Positions 29,833 to 39,132 of a DNA stretch of 64,000 bases are shown in pieces. The notes under the pieces are model-generated. The model saw only the letters and a list, made by a program, of their open reading frames with translations, did no database searches and was not told where the DNA came from. Position 1 is the first letter of the stretch, and each line of letters opens with the position of its first letter. The DNA is from Candidatus Hebobacterum abditum (GTDB lineage Bacteria > Armatimonadota > Hebobacteria > Hebobacterales > Hebobacteraceae). The stretch spans positions 161,987 to 225,986 of the forward strand of contig JALGXW010000001.1 of the NCBI GenBank assembly GCA_029821875.1, given 5' to 3'. The position numbers and the translations under genes were made by a program.

Positions 29833-30714
29833 TTACATTGCCAGTATCTTGTCGAGCGCGAGCGAGGTGTTGGCCAGCCTGGTTTCGGGTGCATGGGCGT
29901 AGTGCGGGATCATCTCCGCGATGAGGAAGTCGTCGTAGCCGACCTCCTTCAGCGCCTTCATCACCTCGGGCCAGTTGACATCACCCTCCAGCAGATCGAC
30001 GAAGCCGTCGAGGTTGCCCACGGTGCGTCGGAAGTCCTTCACATGCACCTTCTTCACCCGCTTGCCGAGGATTCGGATCCACTGCTCCGGCATACCCAGG
30101 AGCATGATGTTGCCGACATCGAAGAACCAGCCCAAGTACTCGCTGCCGAACTTGTCGATGAAGTCACGCGCCTCCAACGGGCTGAGGAACATCTTGTTCC
30201 AGACGTTCTCGATCCCGATGGCGACTTTGTTCCTCTCGGCCACCGGGACCAGCTCTTTCATGGCATCCTCGACGCGCTGCACCGCGACGTCGTACTGCAC
30301 GACCTCCATCGCGGGGTTGAAGAACACCTCCACTGCGCCCGGCACCACGAGTATGCCGGTGGCGCCGAGCAGGTTGGCGACCTCCAGGCAGCGGCTGACG
30401 CACTCGATCCCCTTCTTCCGCGCCGCCGCGTCGCTTGACGTCAGCGGGTACTCCCACAGCATCCCGGTCGTCACCGAGGCGGCCCGGAGCCCTGCGCCGT
30501 CCAGCTTCTTCCGAAGAGCCTTCGCGTCGTCATCGGACATGTCGATGTTCAGCGGCCCATCGGGGAAGAGGCAGACTTCGATGCCCTCGTAGCCGAGCTT
30601 CTTCGCCTCCGCAATCGCCTCGTCGATGTCCTTCTTCCCCTCGAGTCCACCTGGGAAAGACCAGTAATTGATGCCTTTCTTCACCGTCTTCCTCCTCGCG
30701 TTCAGGTCCGGCAT
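29833..30714 (-). CDS. sugar phosphate isomerase/epimerase (xylose-isomerase-like TIM barrel)
   Basis: 293 aa; GYEGIEV, IGIENVWN and VHVKD motifs of the AP-endonuclease-2/xylose-isomerase-like TIM-barrel family. Confidence 0.8.
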   Translation of the reverse strand: MPDLNARRKTVKKGINYWSFPGGLEGKKDIDEAIAEAKKLGYEGIEVCLFPDGPLNIDMSDDDAKALRKKLDGAGLRAASVTTGMLWEYPLTSSDAAARKKGIECVSRCLEVANLLGATGILVVPGAVEVFFNPAMEVVQYDVAVQRVEDAMKELVPVAERNKVAIGIENVWNKMFLSPLEARDFIDKFGSEYLGWFFDVGNIMLLGMPEQWIRILGKRVKKVHVKDFRRTVGNLDGFVDLLEGDVNWPEVMKALKEVGYDDFLIAEMIPHYAHAPETRLANTSLALDKILAM

Positions 30715-30809
30715 GGTATTCGCTGAGCCGTCTGCAACTCCCTCCCCCAGGACCGGCGGGATTCGATGGCGAAGGTGGCTGGGCCGATCTTCATCTGCCG
30801 CCCATTGAG

Positions 30810-32189
30810 GTGAGCATGGCGGAGCGCCCGGTTGAGAAGGGGCAAACCGTGAGACTCCGGCTCGACTCTCTCGCCGTCGGTGGCGAGGCGGTCGGACGGC
30901 ATGAGGGCATGGCCGTCTTCACCCTATTGGGATGCCCGGGCGATGAGGCCGAGGTGGAGATCACGGAGGTCTCTCGACGGTTCGCTCGCGGTATTGTCCG
31001 GTCGGTCATCGAGCCATCGCCCGACCGCGTCGATCCGCCCTGCCCGCACTTCGGCGATTGCGGGGGGTGTCAGCTCCAGCACGTCTCGTATGAAGCCCAG
31101 CTCCGGCACAAGACCGCGATGGTGCGCGACGCGCTCCAGCGCATCGGCGGGCTCACAGATGTCGAGGTCGGTGAGACGGCCAGCATGGACGAGCCCTGGC
31201 GCTACCGGAACCGCGCGCAGTACAGCGCGGCCGTGAACGAGTCGGGAGAACTGGCGCTCGGCTTCGCTCGGTTCCACGCTCACGAGATAGTCGCACTGAC
31301 GGAGTGCGAGCTGCAGCATCCTCTCTCCGAGCGGATCCGCACGGCTATCGAGCGACTCCTCCCGCCCACCGATCAGGGGGGCCGGGAGCGGCCGCTGCTT
31401 CTCGGGGTTGAGACGTTCGTCTCCTTCTCTGCGGGGCGGGCCCTCATTACTCTCGTCTGCGAGGGCCAGCCTGCGTTCGTGCGACCACTGGCCGATGCAC
31501 TCACGGAAGACGTTTCGGAGGTGGCCGGCGTTCTGTTCGCCCGGCGACGCGGGCGAGCCGCGGTGCACCGCTCGCCGGCCGAACTCGTCATGGGCGAAGG
31601 GCACCTGCTGGAAGAGGTCGGTGGCCATACCTATAGGGTGTCTGCCGATTCCTTCTTCCAGACCAGTCCGGTGCAGGCCGCGCGTGCGATCGAACTGGTG
31701 AGAGAGTGGGCGGATATCGGCCCGGGCGACACCGTGGTCGATCTCTACTCTGGCGTGGGGACCTTTCTCTTGCCCCTTGCCGGAAGGGCCCGACGCGCGT
31801 TCGGGGTCGAAGCGGCCGAGTCGGCGGTGAGTGATGGGAAGGCAAACGCGCGCGCCTGGGGCCTGCGCAATGTGACCTTCTACCAGCGCAACGTGGAGCG
31901 AGTACTGCCGAGATGGGTCGAGCGCGGCCGCACGGCTGATGTCGTGGTGCTGGACCCGCCGAGGAAGGGCGCCGGCCCCATCGTCACCGCCTCTGTGGCC
32001 AAGCTGCAGCCGCGCCGCATCGTCCTCGTCTCCTGCGACCCCGCCACCCTCGCCCGCGATCTGAAGCACCTGGCCGAGTTGGGTTACCCCTGCGCCCGCG
32101 TGCAGCCCATCGACATGTTCCCACAGACGTGGCACGTTGAGGCGGCGGCTTTGTGTGAACGCCAGGCCGAGGCCGACGGGGCCGCCTGA
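30810..32189 (+). CDS. rlmD: 23S rRNA (uracil-C5)-methyltransferase RlmD/RumA
   Basis: 459 aa; N-terminal TRAM domain, 4-Cys cluster CPHFGDCGGCQLQH, C-terminal SAM-MTase motifs (VVDLYSGVGTF, DPPRKG). Confidence 0.85.
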   Translation: MSMAERPVEKGQTVRLRLDSLAVGGEAVGRHEGMAVFTLLGCPGDEAEVEITEVSRRFARGIVRSVIEPSPDRVDPPCPHFGDCGGCQLQHVSYEAQLRHKTAMVRDALQRIGGLTDVEVGETASMDEPWRYRNRAQYSAAVNESGELALGFARFHAHEIVALTECELQHPLSERIRTAIERLLPPTDQGGRERPLLLGVETFVSFSAGRALITLVCEGQPAFVRPLADALTEDVSEVAGVLFARRRGRAAVHRSPAELVMGEGHLLEEVGGHTYRVSADSFFQTSPVQAARAIELVREWADIGPGDTVVDLYSGVGTFLLPLAGRARRAFGVEAAESAVSDGKANARAWGLRNVTFYQRNVERVLPRWVERGRTADVVVLDPPRKGAGPIVTASVAKLQPRRIVLVSCDPATLARDLKHLAELGYPCARVQPIDMFPQTWHVEAAALCERQAEADGAA

Positions 32190-32248
32190 TGCATTCTGTA
32201 TGTGCGAGGCAGCGCTGAGGCCCCTCCCTCAAGCGCCTGACGCACACA

Positions 32249-33211
32249 CTACTCATCGCCTTCTGACAGCCAAGGGGGAGACGTGTCCTCGGGTGTCAGG
32301 CTCTCCTCGGGCTCGAACTTCCTCGGTTTCAGCCGACGCACGAGCGAGGTAACGTCGTCGGCCTTGCACGCATCCTCGATACCATCCGCGTCGGCGTGGC
32401 GTGATAGGATGACGAGCGCTTCACCGTGCCAGAGCACCTCGAACAAGAGCAGGCAGTCATTGAGCTGAGCATCGAGGCGGACGACGGGCGAGACGAGCTT
32501 CGCCCAGTTCTTCACTTGGCCGGAACGCCCGCGCGGAGCGATGAACCCGGTCGCACCGGCCCCCGCGCCCTGGGCGAACGCGTCCTCAAGCCGGTCATAC
32601 GGGCAACACAGGTATCCCCATGGCAGAAGCTGTGGGCCATCGATTCTGTAGTCTCTTGCCTGGAACACCGCTATCTTTCGGCATTCGAACTCCCTTTGGA
32701 AGTGCTCCATGGCAGCGGCGGTGCCCTCCGGCGTAAATACGTTGACCTCGTCTGGGTGTTGCTCAGCTACCCACGAGGGTATGAAGCAGACTTCGTAGTC
32801 ATCAGGGTCGTAGAGCTGTTTGAGAACGCGAGCCCACATGCGGGCGAGGGCCCGCTGCTCCAGCGGCGTTGGCTCCCAGTCATCCGTCTCCGGCCCGGCT
32901 ATAGCCGCCATCCCAATGCCCGTGTAGGGCGGGAGATCTAGTGGGGGCCCACATTCGATGGGAGCCTCGGGTAGCCCGAAGTGCAGACCGCGGTTCAGGA
33001 CGCACTCAGCGCCGCTGTCCTCCAGCCACTCACAACCCCAGTCCAACTGAACAGATGATACGCCTTGCTCGGTGTCGATACGCTTGGACACAGGTCGGAA
33101 GACCGTGTCCGCACCGTACCACACGCCCGCGATATCTCGCCGCCAGTCCGGCGCGAACCCGGGGATCTTCCGTGGGTCCAAGGTGAAGTGTTTCCCGCTG
33201 TCTTCCCCCAT
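32249..33211 (-). CDS. hypothetical protein (320 aa, acidic C-terminus)
   Basis: Long ORF with coding-like composition; no recognisable motif. Confidence 0.5.
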   Translation of the reverse strand: MGEDSGKHFTLDPRKIPGFAPDWRRDIAGVWYGADTVFRPVSKRIDTEQGVSSVQLDWGCEWLEDSGAECVLNRGLHFGLPEAPIECGPPLDLPPYTGIGMAAIAGPETDDWEPTPLEQRALARMWARVLKQLYDPDDYEVCFIPSWVAEQHPDEVNVFTPEGTAAAMEHFQREFECRKIAVFQARDYRIDGPQLLPWGYLCCPYDRLEDAFAQGAGAGATGFIAPRGRSGQVKNWAKLVSPVVRLDAQLNDCLLLFEVLWHGEALVILSRHADADGIEDACKADDVTSLVRRLKPRKFEPEESLTPEDTSPPWLSEGDE

Positions 33212-33361
33212 GGAGCCCCCTCTATAGGCCAGACATGAACTCCCATACAGAGTCGGCCGCGCCGGGTAGGCCTTCGTGGCCGACTCGGGGGGACAATTCG
33301 CCGCCGCGCTGCCGGAGGCCTGCCGGTTCCGCTGGAGCAGCTCAGTCGAGTCGAAATGGTG

Positions 33362-33601
33362 TCACTTCTTGCGTCCGGCCACGAGCTTGTTGTAGAGCTT
33401 GTCGCCGAGGCACTCTCTCGCCATCTCGCAGTGGTCGATGCAGCCCTGGAGACGCTCCCGCGAAACGACGGTGCCGCAGTCGGCGCACTTGACCTCGATC
33501 TCGTCGGTCCAGATCTCCACCTCGGAATGGCAGACCGGGCAGGGGATGAACTCCAGCGTCGGCTGCTTGAACTGCTTCGCCCCTGGGCACTCGCTCCACA
33601 T
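33362..33601 (-). CDS. small Cys-rich protein (zinc-ribbon CPVC...CADCG plus CIDHC...C), 79 aa
   Basis: Start placed at MWSECPGAKQ because it is preceded by a GGAGAG RBS at 7-nt spacing; the longer ORF version would run through the regulatory palindrome at 33681-33694. Confidence 0.5.
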   Translation of the reverse strand: MWSECPGAKQFKQPTLEFIPCPVCHSEVEIWTDEIEVKCADCGTVVSRERLQGCIDHCEMARECLGDKLYNKLVAGRKK

Positions 33602-33680
33602 TGCTCTGCTCTCCACATAGATCACGGGGTGAGATGTCCGTGTCCACATGGATGATAGCCGGGAGGGGGCGTGGAACTCC

Positions 33681-33694
33681 TTGACCTGAGTCAA
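33681..33694. promoter_or_regulatory. Palindromic FNR/Dnr-type box TTGACCTGAGTCAA (TTGAC-N4-GTCAA), site 1
   Basis: Perfect inverted repeat in the divergent region between the small Cys-rich gene (-) and the crp/fnr-family gene (+), 21 nt upstream of the latter's ATG. Confidence 0.5.
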
Positions 33695-33714
33695 CTGCGG
33701 GAGGAGGAGCTTAC

Positions 33715-34398
33715 ATGGGAGCAGTCACGGCATCTGACCTGGCAGGATGGCAGCTGTTCTCCTATCTGCCGGCGGGCGATACGGCTCGCCTGGCTCGCGT
33801 CGCCACCCAGCACCGGTTTGGCAAGGGACAGACGATCTTCTCCGAAGGCGATCAGGCAGATGCGCTCTGGGTCCTCCTCAAGGGGCAAGTGAAGATCTTC
33901 AAGCTGTCGCCCGACGGGAGAGAGCAGGTCATGCGCATCGTGCGTGGGGGAGAGTCCTTTGGCGAGGCCGCCGCGCTCTCGCAGGGCGACTACCCCGCCC
34001 ACTGTGAGGCGATTGCGCGCTCGGTCGCAGTACGATTTCCGGCCAACGACTTCCTGGCCCTACTCAAAGGCAGCCCCCAACTCGCGGTCAATATGATCGT
34101 GGCGCTCAGCCAGCTTCTGCGGGGCTTCGCCTCATTGGTGGATGCCCTCGCGCTCCGCGAGGTGTCGGCGCGGCTCGCCAAGTATCTCCTCGACGCCTCT
34201 GTTCGCGCGAAGAGCGACGCTGTCGTCCTCGAGGTCCGCAAGAGCCTCCTGGCCGCTCGTCTTGGCACGGTGAGCGAGACGCTCTCCCGTACGCTGCGCC
34301 GTCTCCGGGAGCGCCGCATCGTGAGAGTTGAGGGCCAGCGCATCGACATCCTCGATCGCCCTGCCCTCCAGCAGATCGCGGCTGGGATGAGGATCTGA
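33715..34398 (+). CDS. Crp/Fnr-family transcriptional regulator
   Basis: 227 aa; cNMP-binding-like beta-roll (GQTIFSEGDQADALWVLLKGQVKIF...GESFGE) and a C-terminal HTH with FNR-type recognition helix VSETLSRTLRRL (E--SR). Only one Cys, so not an Fe-S FNR sensor. GGGAGGAGGAG RBS. Confidence 0.85.
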   Translation: MGAVTASDLAGWQLFSYLPAGDTARLARVATQHRFGKGQTIFSEGDQADALWVLLKGQVKIFKLSPDGREQVMRIVRGGESFGEAAALSQGDYPAHCEAIARSVAVRFPANDFLALLKGSPQLAVNMIVALSQLLRGFASLVDALALREVSARLAKYLLDASVRAKSDAVVLEVRKSLLAARLGTVSETLSRTLRRLRERRIVRVEGQRIDILDRPALQQIAAGMRI

Positions 34399-34404
34399 CA
34401 GCTC

Positions 34405-34418
34405 TTGACCTGGGTCAA
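34405..34418. promoter_or_regulatory. Palindromic FNR/Dnr-type box TTGACCTGGGTCAA (TTGAC-N4-GTCAA), site 2
   Basis: Same half-sites as site 1, 7 nt after the crp/fnr stop and centred 70 nt upstream of the ferredoxin-like gene's ATG. A TATCCT -10-like hexamer at 34441-34446 would put the box at about -41.5, the class II activation position. Confidence 0.55.
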
Positions 34419-34480
34419 GGCGCTTCGAGCGGGCCCTGCGGTATCCTGCTGATGACAGTGCAATCTGCAGGAGGAAAGAG

Positions 34481-35251
34481 ATGGCTAGGGTCCGCAACAT
34501 AATCCACATCGACGAGGAGAAGTGCAACGGCTGTGGGCAGTGTGCCACGGCCTGCGCCGAGGGCGCGATCGAGTTGGTTGACGGGAAGGCGCGCCTCGTC
34601 AGCGAGGTCTATTGCGACGGTCTGGGCGCATGCATCGGCGAGTGCCCGACGGGGGCCCTCTGGATCGAGCAAAGGGAGGCCCCGGACTACGACGTCCAGG
34701 CCACGCGGGAGCACCTCCAGAGCATCGGGCGCGATCCAAACGCCGCCCATGACCCCGGCGCGGAGAACGAACACGCGCCGGCCGAGGCCGGTCAGAACCT
34801 GGCCTGTGGCTGCCCCGGCACCGCCGCACGGGCATTCACACCGGCCGGGCAGGAGGCTCCCACGGGCCAGCCGTCCGCGCTGGGACAATGGCCGGTGCAG
34901 CTCACACTGGTGCCGCCGGATGCGCCCTACTTCCAGGGCGCCGACCTGCTGGTGACGGCGGACTGCGTCCCCTACGCCTACGCCGACTACCACGCCGATC
35001 TGCTCGCCGGAAAGGCGGTCGTGGTGGGCTGCCCGAAGCTCGACGATGCTGACTTCTACGCCAACAAGCTGGCAGCGATTCTCACGGCCTCGGACATCCG
35101 CTCGATCACGGTGGCGATTATGGAGGTTCCCTGCTGCGGCGGACTTCTGAGGATCGTCGAGCGGGCGCTCGAGCAGTCCGGCAAAGATATCCCCGTCGAG
35201 GTCGCTACGATCGGTGTGCGCGGGGAGAAGAGGGTGCCGGCCGCGGCATGA
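34481..35251 (+). CDS. ferredoxin-domain protein: N-terminal 2x[4Fe-4S] ferredoxin fused to a C-terminal Cys-rich domain
   Basis: CNGCGQCATAC...C and CDGLGACIGECP cluster motifs; C-terminal CGCPG, CVPYAYADYH, GCPKLDD and VPCCGG motifs. AGGAGGAAAGAG RBS. Confidence 0.7.
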   Translation: MARVRNIIHIDEEKCNGCGQCATACAEGAIELVDGKARLVSEVYCDGLGACIGECPTGALWIEQREAPDYDVQATREHLQSIGRDPNAAHDPGAENEHAPAEAGQNLACGCPGTAARAFTPAGQEAPTGQPSALGQWPVQLTLVPPDAPYFQGADLLVTADCVPYAYADYHADLLAGKAVVVGCPKLDDADFYANKLAAILTASDIRSITVAIMEVPCCGGLLRIVERALEQSGKDIPVEVATIGVRGEKRVPAAA

Positions 35252-35319
35252 CATCTCCTTGAGTTGTCGGCCTGGCACAGCAATCGTCGCGCACGTCGTA
35301 CGAGCTCGGCCGCAGGGCG

Positions 35320-37557
35320 ATGCTGCGGGAGCGGCAAACTATCGGCACCATGGGTCTGAGACGAGCTGACCTGAAGATAACGGGCATGCACTGCGCGGCC
35401 TGCGCGTCTCGCGTCGAGAGTGCGCTGCGCGAGACCGAGGGGGTCTCCGAGGCGAATGTGAACTTCGCCACGGAGAGTGCCGGCCTCCTCTATGACGACG
35501 AGCGTCTCGGCCTCGAGGAAATTGCGGCCGCGGTCGAGGCGGCGGGCTATGGCGTCGTCATGCCGGGCGCCGAGGATGACGAGCGCGCAGCGAGAGAGCG
35601 AGAGCTTCGCACTCTCCAACGGAAGCTGTGGTTCTCGCTCGCCGCCGTTGCCGTGATCATGCTGAGCATTCACGTCGTTTCTCACGTCGTGGCGGTGCCC
35701 GCCGAGGCGCTGCTCGTCGTCGCGACACCGGTTCAGTTCTGGGCCGGGGCCCAGTTCTACCGCGGAGCCTGGACGGCTCTGCGCGGCCGCTTCGCAGACA
35801 TGAACACACTCATCGCCGTGGGGACCTCGGCCGCCTACTTCTACAGCCTGGTGGTCACCCTCAGGCCGGACGTCATAGTCAGTGTAGGTGCGGAGATCCA
35901 CCTCTATTACGACACCTCGGCAATGATCATCACGCTGATCCTGCTGGGCCGGACGCTGGAGGCCAGGGCGAGAGGACGGGCCTCCGAGGCCATCCGGCGG
36001 CTCATGGGGCTCCAGGCGAAGACGGCCTGCGTGCTGCGAGATGGTGAAGAAGTGGAGGTCGCCATCGAAGATGTCGTCATCAGGGATGTCGTCGTCCTGA
36101 GACCCGGCGAGCGCGTGCCTGTGGACGGCGAGGTACTGGAAGGGGAGTCGGCTCTGGACGAGAGCATGGTCACGGGAGAGAGCATGCCCGTCGAGAAGGG
36201 TCCGGGAGACCTGGTGGTGGGCGGCACCGTGAACCTGAGCGGCGCCTTCCGCTTCCGCGCCTCACGGGTTGGAGCGGACACGGTCCTCGCGCAGATCATT
36301 CGGCTCGTCCAGGAGGCCCAGGCCACGAAGGCTCCCATCCAAAGGCTCGCGGATAGGGTCGCAGGCATCTTTGTCCCCATCGTCATCGCCATCGCCGTCA
36401 TCACGTTCGTCATCTGGCTCTTCGTCGGGCCCAATCCGACCTACGCGGTGGTTGCCGCAGTTGCCGTTCTCATCATCGCCTGTCCGTGTGCCCTCGGCCT
36501 CGCTACGCCGACCTCCCTTCTCGTCGGTACCGGGAGAGGGGCGGAGCTCGGCATACTCATACGCAGCGCGGAGGCGCTCGAGGTGGCCGGCGCTGCGGAC
36601 ACCGTGCTCTTCGACAAGACGGGCACTCTGACTCGCGGCACGCCTGAGGTGACCGACATAGTGGCCGCGCCTGGACACACTCAAGAGTCGGTCCTCCGCC
36701 TCGCGGCCTCAGCTGAGCGCTACTCCGAGCATCCCCTGGGCCAGGCCATCGTGAGGGCTGCACGAAACAGGAAGGTCGATATCGCTGAGGCCGCCGACTT
36801 CAAGGCTATGTCCGGCCTGGGAGTGAGCGCCGGCATCGAAGGGACCACCGTGCTGGTGGGCTCCGGCCGGCTGCTGGCCGAGCAAGGCGTGGCCGTCGAA
36901 ACAATGCAGGGACAAGCCGATGTGCTGGCCGGGGAGGGGAAGACGGCCGCGCTTGTGTCCGTGGATGGCAAGACCATCGGCGTGATCGGCCTGGCAGACG
37001 TTGCGAAGGAGGAGGCCAGTGATGCAGTCCGTTTGCTGAAGGAGATGGGCCTGCGGGTCGCGATGGTCACCGGCGACAATGCGCGGACGGCCGAGGCCAT
37101 CGCCCGCGAGGTGGGGGTCGACGACGTGCGCGCCGAGGTCTTGCCAGATCAGAAGGCCGAGGCCGTGAAGGCCCTTCAGGCGGAGGGGCGGCGGGTGGCG
37201 ATGGTGGGAGATGGCATCAACGATGCGCCGGCCCTCGCCCAGGCCGACGTCGGCATCGCCATCGGGCGCGGCACCGACATCGCGATGGAGTCGGCGGACA
37301 TCACCCTGGTGCGAGATGACCTCCGCCTCGTGCCCGAAGCGATCCGGCTGAGCGGGGCGACGCTCCGCAACATCAAGCAGAACCTCTTCTTCGCCTTCTT
37401 CTACAACAGCTTGGGGATTCCGATTGCGGCGGGTGTGCTCTACCCCGTCATTCATACACTTCTCAACCCCGCCATCGCGGCGGGTGCCATGGCCTTCTCG
37501 TCGGTCTCCGTGGTGACGAACGCGCTGAGGCTGCGGACGTATGAGCCTGTCGGCTAG
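35320..37557 (+). CDS. copA: copper-translocating P1B-type ATPase
   Basis: 745 aa; HMA domain [25 protein letters not shown] (CPC motif), DKTGTLT phosphorylation site, GDGINDAP hinge. Confidence 0.85.
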   Translation: MLRERQTIGTMGLRRADLKITGMHCAACASRVESALRETEGVSEANVNFATESAGLLYDDERLGLEEIAAAVEAAGYGVVMPGAEDDERAARERELRTLQRKLWFSLAAVAVIMLSIHVVSHVVAVPAEALLVVATPVQFWAGAQFYRGAWTALRGRFADMNTLIAVGTSAAYFYSLVVTLRPDVIVSVGAEIHLYYDTSAMIITLILLGRTLEARARGRASEAIRRLMGLQAKTACVLRDGEEVEVAIEDVVIRDVVVLRPGERVPVDGEVLEGESALDESMVTGESMPVEKGPGDLVVGGTVNLSGAFRFRASRVGADTVLAQIIRLVQEAQATKAPIQRLADRVAGIFVPIVIAIAVITFVIWLFVGPNPTYAVVAAVAVLIIACPCALGLATPTSLLVGTGRGAELGILIRSAEALEVAGAADTVLFDKTGTLTRGTPEVTDIVAAPGHTQESVLRLAASAERYSEHPLGQAIVRAARNRKVDIAEAADFKAMSGLGVSAGIEGTTVLVGSGRLLAEQGVAVETMQGQADVLAGEGKTAALVSVDGKTIGVIGLADVAKEEASDAVRLLKEMGLRVAMVTGDNARTAEAIAREVGVDDVRAEVLPDQKAEAVKALQAEGRRVAMVGDGINDAPALAQADVGIAIGRGTDIAMESADITLVRDDLRLVPEAIRLSGATLRNIKQNLFFAFFYNSLGIPIAAGVLYPVIHTLLNPAIAAGAMAFSSVSVVTNALRLRTYEPVG

Positions 37558-37685
37558 CGCGGAGCGCGACGCCGCCGAGCCGGAAGGAAGCCGGCTCCCG
37601 GCCAGCCAAGAAGCTCGGACATGAGGGGGCTGTCGCGTCGCGAGGTGCGCGGCGGCAACCATTACAGGACTGCGGGAGGTCTCTC

Positions 37686-37994
37686 ATGCTAGCCAGCTTC
37701 TCGATTGTTCCTATCGGTGTTGGTGAAGAGCTCGGGGAGCATGTTGCGAAGGTGCTCGACGTGATCGACACGTCCGGGCTCTCGTACAAGCTCGGCGCGA
37801 TGCAAACGACGGTCGAGGGCGAGCCCCACGAGGTAATGGCGCTCATCATGACGTGCCATGAGTTGATGCTGGAGAGCGTGCCCCGAGTGCTGACCCACAT
37901 CGCCATCGATGACCGGAAGGGCGCGAGCGGGCGCCTTGAAGGCAAGGTGAAGGACGTGGCGTCGGTTCTCGGCCGGGAGCTGTCACATGAGTAG
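37686..37994 (+). CDS. MTH1187/YkoF-family (DUF77) small protein
   Basis: 102 aa; MLASFSIVPIGVGEELGEHVAKVLDVI... matches the thiamine/HMP-binding MTH1187/YkoF fold family. GCGGGAGGT RBS. Confidence 0.7.
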   Translation: MLASFSIVPIGVGEELGEHVAKVLDVIDTSGLSYKLGAMQTTVEGEPHEVMALIMTCHELMLESVPRVLTHIAIDDRKGASGRLEGKVKDVASVLGRELSHE

Positions 37995-39036
37995 CGGCCA
38001 CGTTGGCAAGCCGTCCCCGACTCGCCTGGCGCAGCTCCTTGCCGGCAACTTCGGTGCGCCCTCCGACAGCGTGCTCGTGGGGCCCGGCCCCGGCCTCGAC
38101 GCGGCCGTGCTGGACCTCGGCGATGGGCGGGTGATGGCCATTGCGGAGGACCCGATCTTCCCCGCGCCTGGTCTGCCGCTGGAGATCATGGGGCAGTTCA
38201 CAGTGCACATCGGGGCCAGCGATGTGGCCGTCACCGGGGTCAAGCCGACGTACATGACGTACACACTGCTGCTGCCGCGGACCTCGCCGGAGTCGGATGC
38301 TACCGCAATCATCACAGCCATCTCGAAGCACTGCGAGGATCTCGGGATCACAGTGCTGGGCGGCCACACGGGTTGGTATGACGCGGTGACGATCCCGACT
38401 GTGGGCGGCGTCGCGGTGTGGGGATTCGCGGACAAGGACAAGTGGGTGTCGCCGGGCGGGGCGCGGGACGGAGACGCTCTCCTGCTGACTAAGGGTCCGA
38501 GCATCGAGGCGGCGGCGCTGCTGGCCATCCTCTATCGGGATCGCCTGCAAGCCGAGTTGGGCGAGGACATCGTGGGACGGGCCTGTGCGCGTTCTGACGA
38601 GATCACCGTTGTCGCAGACGCATTGACCGCCTTCGAGGCGGGCGGCGTGCATGCGATGCACGACGCGACCGAGGGCGGCGTTCTCGGCGGCCTGTGGGAG
38701 ATGGCATCCGCCTCAGGTGTCGGCATCGACGCCGACTTGGACGCGGTAGACGTGCCGGAAGACATCGCCCAGGTCGCTGCCGCGCTTGGCTTCGATCCCT
38801 GGGCGGCCATCAGCGAGGGGACGCTTCTCGTCGCGGCCGACCCGGGCGCAGTCTCGACCGTGATGGGCGCCTGGCAGAAGGCAGGCATTCAGGCCTGGGA
38901 GATGGGTCGGTTCTCGGGGGCGGCCTCCGAGGTGAGAGTGAGACGCGCGGCGCGGGAGGAGAGTGTTGCGGAGCCGCAGGAGGATCCCTTCTGGGACCTG
39001 TTCTTCGCAGGCCTGGCCGCAGACGCAGAGGGCTAG
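37987..39036 (+). CDS. PurM-superfamily (AIR-synthase-related, ThiL/HypE/SelD-like) protein
   Basis: 349 aa; N-terminal PurM-like domain (DAAVLDLGDGRVMAIAEDPIF, GGHTGWYD) and a C-terminal PurM-C-like domain. Overlaps the previous gene by 8 nt. Confidence 0.7.
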   Translation: MSSGHVGKPSPTRLAQLLAGNFGAPSDSVLVGPGPGLDAAVLDLGDGRVMAIAEDPIFPAPGLPLEIMGQFTVHIGASDVAVTGVKPTYMTYTLLLPRTSPESDATAIITAISKHCEDLGITVLGGHTGWYDAVTIPTVGGVAVWGFADKDKWVSPGGARDGDALLLTKGPSIEAAALLAILYRDRLQAELGEDIVGRACARSDEITVVADALTAFEAGGVHAMHDATEGGVLGGLWEMASASGVGIDADLDAVDVPEDIAQVAAALGFDPWAAISEGTLLVAADPGAVSTVMGAWQKAGIQAWEMGRFSGAASEVRVRRAAREESVAEPQEDPFWDLFFAGLAADAEG

Positions 39037-39072
39037 CGGGACTCGGCATGGTGCGCTGCGAGGCGACCGCGC

Positions 39073-39101
39073 TTGTCAATCGGCACTGAATACGATAGAA
39101 T
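39073..39101 (+). promoter_or_regulatory. candidate sigma70-type promoter TTGTCA-17-TAGAAT upstream of yebC
   Basis: Each hexamer is 5/6 to consensus with 17-nt spacing; 31 nt upstream of the yebC ATG, which has GGGGA/GGAGGG RBS elements. Confidence 0.4.
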
Positions 39102-39132
39102 CTGAGCGAAAGGGGATTCGGAGGGTCCGCGT

